Source: a virus (lineage: Duplodnaviria; Caudoviricetes). From it: a stretch of 64,000 nt of DNA. The notes below the pieces were generated by a model that worked only from the letters and a program-made list of their open reading frames with translations, did no database searches and had not been told where the DNA came from. The stretch lies in IMG/VR virus record IMGVR_UViG_2585428004_000001, positions 55,987 to 119,986 of that record, one strand, 5' to 3'. The position numbers and the translations under genes are program-made. This document shows positions 58,359 through 64,000 of this stretch, piece by piece; the stretch's first letter is position 1, and every line of letters begins with the position of its first letter.

Positions 58359-59603
58359 ATGCGTTCATACACAAACCGCAAAGGCGAAATTATAGAAGTT
58401 AACCAAGAGCATCTTGATATGGCTGTTCGATTAAAACTAGAACTCCAGAAAGCTAGTCCATCAAGAAAGATATCTTGGAAATTACACAAAGAGCTTATGG
58501 AAAAAGAAGGATTCTTTGATAGTGAAGCGAGCGAAATATATCGTGTTATGGTTAAAAGCTATCAGAAGTCCATTGGGAAACTCCCTACTGCCCCTACTCA
58601 CGCAGACATGGTTACGAGTAATAAGCTAGAATCAATCAAGGAGCTTGTTGGTGATATAGCTTGGGAGAAACGAGAGAACCAAGGTGTTCTTCGTAAATTA
58701 AACAAGACTAAGCGAGAGTTAATCGATTATGGATTGCTTGTTCAAGAAGTAGTCAGTGCTGTTCGTAAGGAGTTAAGTGATTTAGAATTTAACTTTACTT
58801 TTGAACCTATTACAACTGGCAACTCTAGAATGATTGCTGTGTTTACTGATTGGCATCTAGGAGCATTAGTTGATGTTGAGGGAAATAAATATAATTATGA
58901 AGTTGCTGTGAGACGAATAAATGAGACCTTGAGTAAACTGTATAAGATTGCCGTTGATAACAACGTTAAACAGATTGACGTAGTATACTGTGGCGATATG
59001 TTAGAGCATGCATATATGAGAGAATCTCAATCATATCACGCTGAATTCTTTGTATCAGAGCAAATTGCTCGTGGTGGAAAGGTGTTAATCCAAGTTTTAA
59101 CTGAGTTGTCCAAACACTTTGTTGTTACCTACCAAGGTTTTAGTGGAAATCATGATAGAATAAATGGAAATAAGAATAACAATATCGATGGAGATACTGG
59201 TATGGTAGTTGTCAATGAGATTGTAAAGACATATATTGAAACAGTTAACATTGGTAGCCTATTCTATATAAAATCACACTCCCCTTTCAGCGCACAGTTG
59301 CTAAATATAAATGGAAGAAACATTAAACTGGTTCATGGAGACTTAGAGAAGAAAGCTGACAAAGGTAAGCTTGCCGACCATAGCGACAGAGATAATATTA
59401 TATATGATGCTATTGTTATGGGGCATTTCCATCACTTTGAGGTAATTGAAGTTGGCGATGATAAGTTTGAAATCCTTATTGGAAGCATTAAGGGTTCAGA
59501 TGATTACTCTAAGAAACTTGGATTGTCCTCTTCCCCATCTCAAGGTGCGATACTGGTTTATGAAGATGGAGAAATCAAGGTCGAAAGAATTCGAGTTAAA
59601 TAA
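58359..59603 (+). CDS. Calcineurin-like metallophosphoesterase
   Basis: DWH, GD, GNHD, HGD and GHFH motifs. Confidence 0.88.
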   Translation: MRSYTNRKGEIIEVNQEHLDMAVRLKLELQKASPSRKISWKLHKELMEKEGFFDSEASEIYRVMVKSYQKSIGKLPTAPTHADMVTSNKLESIKELVGDIAWEKRENQGVLRKLNKTKRELIDYGLLVQEVVSAVRKELSDLEFNFTFEPITTGNSRMIAVFTDWHLGALVDVEGNKYNYEVAVRRINETLSKLYKIAVDNNVKQIDVVYCGDMLEHAYMRESQSYHAEFFVSEQIARGGKVLIQVLTELSKHFVVTYQGFSGNHDRINGNKNNNIDGDTGMVVVNEIVKTYIETVNIGSLFYIKSHSPFSAQLLNINGRNIKLVHGDLEKKADKGKLADHSDRDNIIYDAIVMGHFHHFEVIEVGDDKFEILIGSIKGSDDYSKKLGLSSSPSQGAILVYEDGEIKVERIRVK

Positions 59604-59648
59604 ACAAAACCATTAAAAAGAGTGAGGATTATATTCCCCACTCTTTTT

Positions 59649-60302
59649 CTATTTACCAAACAGTCTTCCAAAGAATCCCTTCTTCTTTTCCTGTTCGATT
59701 CTCTTATTATGTTCTCTCATTTCAGATATAAATGTGGTCATCTGGTCATCTCTCTTTTTCAGCGCCTCTTCTATTCTCTCTGCTGTAGCATCTAGCTTTT
59801 GCTGTTGCTCATTCATTTGTTCAGTTAGTTCTTTCTGAATCTCTTCACGAATTGTTAAAGTTAGTTCCTCTCTCAATTCACCTTTCAAACTATTTTGAGT
59901 TTCAGATATTATGATGTTTATGAATTGTTTTACACGTTCACTCTGCATCAATCGCTGAATGTCTTCTTGATTTAGTAAGTCTGCTGTTTTGTTAGATGGA
60001 TTAGATGGTTGTGGTGCATCTTCCCTGCTTCTAAGTTCGAACCTATCCATCTCACGCATCATGTATCCTAAGTCTTTTGTCGTGGTTCTTCTACCATGTT
60101 CTTGTTTGAGGTCACGAAGGAATCCAAATATTTCTAAATCAGTATCATAATAGATTCGTTCATTCCTATTATTCCTCATGACAAAGTGAATATCAAACTC
60201 TTCTAACTGGTCAGTCCAGTTTCTCAATGTTGGTGATGGCACTTCTAATCTCTCAGATGCATCGCCAAGTGTTATGAAATCTACTTCCAGAGCCATTCCC
60301 AT
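59649..60302 (-). CDS. MerR-type HTH + coiled-coil protein (RacA/TubY/DUF3967-like)
   Basis: N-terminal MerR HTH (PTLRNW..RIY), coiled coil, amphipathic C-terminal KKGFFGRLFGK. Confidence 0.8.
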   Translation of the reverse strand: MGMALEVDFITLGDASERLEVPSPTLRNWTDQLEEFDIHFVMRNNRNERIYYDTDLEIFGFLRDLKQEHGRRTTTKDLGYMMREMDRFELRSREDAPQPSNPSNKTADLLNQEDIQRLMQSERVKQFINIIISETQNSLKGELREELTLTIREEIQKELTEQMNEQQQKLDATAERIEEALKKRDDQMTTFISEMREHNKRIEQEKKKGFFGRLFGK

Positions 60303-60543
60303 GCCTCCCTGTCTATGTTATTACCTATATTAAACCACACTTTGACCTATATTTTCAATTGACATACATTATATATTCCACTTCATGACCTATAAAGCCT
60401 TCTGTCCTACAATATAGCCTGCAATTAGAGGTTAAAGGATACGTATATTTTACCTATCAAATCCCCTGCCCTACATTATAATAAGGATATAGAGGGATGA
60501 AATATCATTTTGATAGGACGTATTTAGGTCTGCTGTCCATTAT

Positions 60544-60690
60544 AGCTAGTAGTCTATTACTAGTAATCTAGAAAATGCTACCACATCCCACTTGACACTA
60601 CTGGGTAGCACTGGTAAGATAAGGTACATAAGGGAATTGATTCATTGGTAGCACCTAGTCCTACCTAGTAGGATATAGTGGCATTTTTAC
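60544..60690 (+). promoter_or_regulatory. par promoter and candidate parC centromere
   Basis: TTGACA-17-TAAGAT (~60591-60620) embedded in GGTAGCA/TGCTACC and CTAGTA repeats. Confidence 0.5.
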
Positions 60691-60713
60691 TATAAAAGGA
60701 GGAATTATATTTA

Positions 60714-61619
60714 ATGGGAACATTAACTTTGGGAATCGATGTTGGCTATTCTCATACAAAAACAAAGAGCAAGAAGGGTTTAGATGTATTTAGAAGCACT
60801 GTTAAAGATGGAATTATCGACATCAACACTGGTTCTACTGTAGTTGAGTATGATGGAAGTAAGTTGACAATAGGGGAGAGAGGTCGTATTACAGTTGTAC
60901 CTAATAAGATTTCAGACCCAAACTTTGAACCTCTATTACTAACAGCTATACTTAGAAACGTTGATGATAAGCTGACAGACATAAATGTAAATCTTGTAAC
61001 TGGTCTTCCAGTGGCATGGTATCCAACTCAAAAGGATGAGTTGAAAGAGTTCTTGTTCAATAAGAAGATTACTGTTGGATACAAAGGGAAAGATAGGACT
61101 ATACATATTAAGGACTGCATCGTATTCCCGCAATCTGCAGGGTTAGCCCTAACAAATCCGAAGGAATTTGAAGAGGGAAGGACTAATCTAGTAATTGATA
61201 TTGGCGGTCTCACAGTTGACGTGTCATATTACGAAGGTAGAAGAATGGTAAAATATGAAAGTTATCAACTTGGCATGCTTAAATTCTACTCAACTGTTGC
61301 TAGTGCGATTAATGCTCAATTCAATGTAGAGGTCGATGACCAAGATGTTGAGAGATTCATTGAGGAGAATGCTGTTACAATCTCAGAAGAGCAAAAGGAG
61401 TTTGATTTCCCTAAACATTTCAATAATCATATGGATAGAATTATCACTAAGATTAAAACTGACTTCCCATATGATATCGTTCATAAGAAGACATTTGTTG
61501 GCGGTGGCTCTCTACGATTCAAAGAATATCTTCCTTCAAATAAAGGAATCCAATGTAATGAGATTCAATCCAATGCAGAAGCATTCTATAATGTAGGAGT
61601 TCAGAAGTTTGAAAAATAA
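60714..61619 (+). CDS. parM: ParM/StbA-family actin-like partition ATPase
   Basis: GIDVGYSHTK, TGLP, VFPQ, IDIGGLT and VGGG actin-fold motifs. Confidence 0.88.
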   Translation: MGTLTLGIDVGYSHTKTKSKKGLDVFRSTVKDGIIDINTGSTVVEYDGSKLTIGERGRITVVPNKISDPNFEPLLLTAILRNVDDKLTDINVNLVTGLPVAWYPTQKDELKEFLFNKKITVGYKGKDRTIHIKDCIVFPQSAGLALTNPKEFEEGRTNLVIDIGGLTVDVSYYEGRRMVKYESYQLGMLKFYSTVASAINAQFNVEVDDQDVERFIEENAVTISEEQKEFDFPKHFNNHMDRIITKIKTDFPYDIVHKKTFVGGGSLRFKEYLPSNKGIQCNEIQSNAEAFYNVGVQKFEK

Positions 61620-61878
61620 ACTACCAACAGTCAAACGCTCTGTATCATTTAGAGAAGATGTCTTTGATACTGCAATGGATATGGCTGATAAATACTTTGG
61701 TGGCAATTTTAGCGCATACTTGACTTATCTTGTATGCGCTGATAAACATGGACTATCCAGAGTACAGCAAACTGAGGATATAGTAGAACAGAAGGAAGAG
61801 ATTAAAGAGAATGTAGCCAACAACTATGTTAAAAGTGATGAGAATGAAGATTATATCAATAATATACTTGGTATGTAG
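61609..61878 (+). CDS. ParR-like ribbon-helix-helix adaptor
   Basis: RSVSF beta-strand + two helices, acidic tail, coupled to parM. Confidence 0.65.
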   Translation: MKNKLPTVKRSVSFREDVFDTAMDMADKYFGGNFSAYLTYLVCADKHGLSRVQQTEDIVEQKEEIKENVANNYVKSDENEDYINNILGM

Positions 61879-61889
61879 GAGGAAGTCAG

Positions 61890-62111
61890 TTGAGACCAGA
61901 AACTGTCATTACTTATGAATTGAAGATACTTACTGGAGTAGGGGAGGTAGTGGAGAGATTCACTAAGACCTATGATACTGATGTTTACGATGAGGATAAA
62001 GAGTCTACCGATTGGATGTTCATAAATTTTAAGATGGAAGACTTGAAAGAGAAGCATGGAGATGGCATTGTACTACTAGAAGTTTCCATGGATAGAGGAG
62101 CGTTGAACTGA
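61890..62111 (+). CDS. Small acidic hypothetical protein
   Basis: TTG start with AGGAGG RBS; terminator at 62112-62138. Confidence 0.65.
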   Translation: MRPETVITYELKILTGVGEVVERFTKTYDTDVYDEDKESTDWMFINFKMEDLKEKHGDGIVLLEVSMDRGALN

Positions 62112-62253
62112 GGTCGATGTATAAGCATCGGCTTTTTTGTATTATAGTAGAAGAAACTGGAATAGAAGAAACTGGACTGGATATAGGCTATATATAGCTA
62201 AATATAGGGTTATTTGAGATCAAATTAGGGTGGAATGTTCGTGTTTTGGTGTG

Positions 62254-62392
62254 AAAAGCATTAAAAATATGCTAAAAATGGTCAAAAATGTGTGAAAAAT
62301 GACCGAAAAAGGCTTAAAATTGCTAAAAAACGGCTAAAAATGGACGAAAATTAGTAAAAATAGGGCAAAAAGGGTTAAAAAGGCTTAAAATA
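62254..62392. repeat. 14 helically phased A-tracts (intrinsically curved DNA)
   Basis: A4-A6 tracts starting at 62254 through 62387, mean spacing about 10.2 bp. Confidence 0.85.
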
Positions 62393-64000
62393 GCTCAATT
62401 ATGGGCTATTTACGTTATATAGAGGATATAAAGGTCATTTAGACATACATTACGCTTCGGATGGTTGTTATCGTCATAGGCTATATATATGCTAGTGGGA
62501 GCTATATTTAAGTACCTATTTTGTGTGGTAAATATACCCCTTGTAAGGTAATGGTAAGTAAGGGAATTACTGGTAGGTTCCGATAAGGGTTACGATGAGG
62601 GTAAATATGGAGATTCGTTAGGAAATGGATTTTGGATGAGGTTAGAATCGCTCGTATGGGGCATTTTGGTAGTGTGTGGGTGAATGTACCCATATTCGAT
62701 TTGCTAATAAGTACCTGTAAATATGTGGTAAATACCGCCCCTCATACCGTCCACTAAGAACTATTAGTAGACGTACAAGCGAGCGTTCTATACAAGCTAG
62801 TATGCAAGCGTGACAAGTGCATACCCTTGACGGAACACAAGCTATACAGTGCGGTGAATGTATATGTATACCAATATGCATGACTGTATATTTACTCGTG
62901 TAGGTTGTCTGGTGGCTGATTGGTGGTCTTAGCCTTATAGTGAGTAGGCTTATCGGTTGCTATGCCATGCGGTGTGGATGGTGGAGGTACATTCACAATT
63001 ATACATACATATACATATACACTCAACTCACATCACATATCACCACCTAATTCACCTTACAAACTCACTCACACCAAGCCTTCACAGCCATTATACACTC
63101 ATATACACTAACGACATATTATGCACTATTTCATACATATGCACACTAATATCACATTACCTATTGACAACCGTTCATTCACCTGCCATCAATACCATAC
63201 GTTACACAACAATGTCAACACATTCTTTTATGCACTCATTTATGCACTCATATGCACGACCACATACACCACGTCCCAAGGCTAGGCTTAAGGCAAGTAA
63301 AAGCCTTGTGTCTCTAAGAGTCACACATCACATCACAGGTCACTAGGTCACTGTCTGTCTGCACCTCACTGGCACACTACACGACTGCATATTCATACAC
63401 CATTATGCATACTACATGTATACACACACACAACACCACACTACATGTATACATATATGTACTACCATACTATGCATACCATAGGTAGGTATACTGAAGA
63501 CTGTCATACAAAGGCTTTGCTATACATTCTAGCCTCCTATATGTAGCATGTTAAGGCACGCTAGTCATAGCCCATGAACACTACAGCACCAAGGTTTTAG
63601 CTATCCCCCTATACAACCTATACAATACAGCTATACTACCACATATCATAGGGGTATAGGTATACGACGCTACTATATCCATACCACATTAGTATTATGT
63701 GAGCGCTACCAATCCAATAATATCAAGGGTTCATCCCCATTTACCTATTACCTTTACTGCTATATCCTACCATTCATACCAGTGTGTCCCATATCCTGCA
63801 TGCCTCTATATCCCTTGTATCCATGCTCACACCTTGGTATCACTACATTGTAAGCGCTTATCTAACGCACACCACCTTCCATATACTACCATTCAGCCAA
63901 GTGTGTCCTAATCGTGAGCGTTGTCTGACTACTCTGTCTATTTCATGTAAGCGTATACACCGTTGATGCTCTAAGCTTGCACACACATTTTGTACAAAAT

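Larger units (their letters stand above)
339..59614. promoter_or_regulatory. Dispersed 13-bp motif AAACAAAACCATT (often TTAAACAAAACCATTGCAA), about 28 intergenic copies; the span given covers first to last copy
   Basis: Counted by eye; see the finding for positions. Confidence 0.85.

Noticed and set aside
62508-63966. His/Thr/Ile-rich ORFs in the right-hand region
   Set aside because: Artefacts of the strand-composition bias; no RBS and atypical codon usage.

Overview
This window is part of a large temperate siphovirus-type phage of Bacillus. The Rap-Phr type, gene content and SPbeta-like head/tail gene order point to a B. cereus-group host and resemble Tsamsa/Izhevsk-like phages; this is recognition from memory, not a database result. 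1-5.2 kb (+): end of an early/middle operon with thioredoxin-like, DHH phosphoesterase, RusA and small ORFs. 5.2-7.6 kb: accessory island with candidate sRNAs, a probable type I toxin-antitoxin pair and a Rap-Phr cassette. 7.7-47.8 kb (-): morphogenesis/lysis region with terminase, portal, scaffold/protease, capsid, tail, 2251-aa fibre, holin, tyrosine recombinase, tape measure, tail-tip proteins and endolysin. 47.8-51 kb (-): RNA island with 8 recognisable tRNAs, 4 aberrant tRNA-like RNAs and spacers carrying anti-Shine-Dalgarno sequences. 51-62 kb: two candidate replication modules (one with iterons, DnaA boxes and a countertranscript), UvrD helicase, metallophosphoesterase and a ParM/ParR partition cassette with a MerR/coiled-coil partner, consistent with a plasmid-prophage lifestyle. 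62.1-64 kb: gene-free region with 14 helically phased A-tracts and a G/C skew switch, a probable packaging or terminus region. Main leads: (i) anti-SD RNA segments between the tRNAs, one matching the initiation region of the phage's own DHH gene; (ii) about 28 copies of a transcription-oriented 13-bp intergenic motif; (iii) a flagellinolysin-like metalloprotease domain fused to a tail protein.
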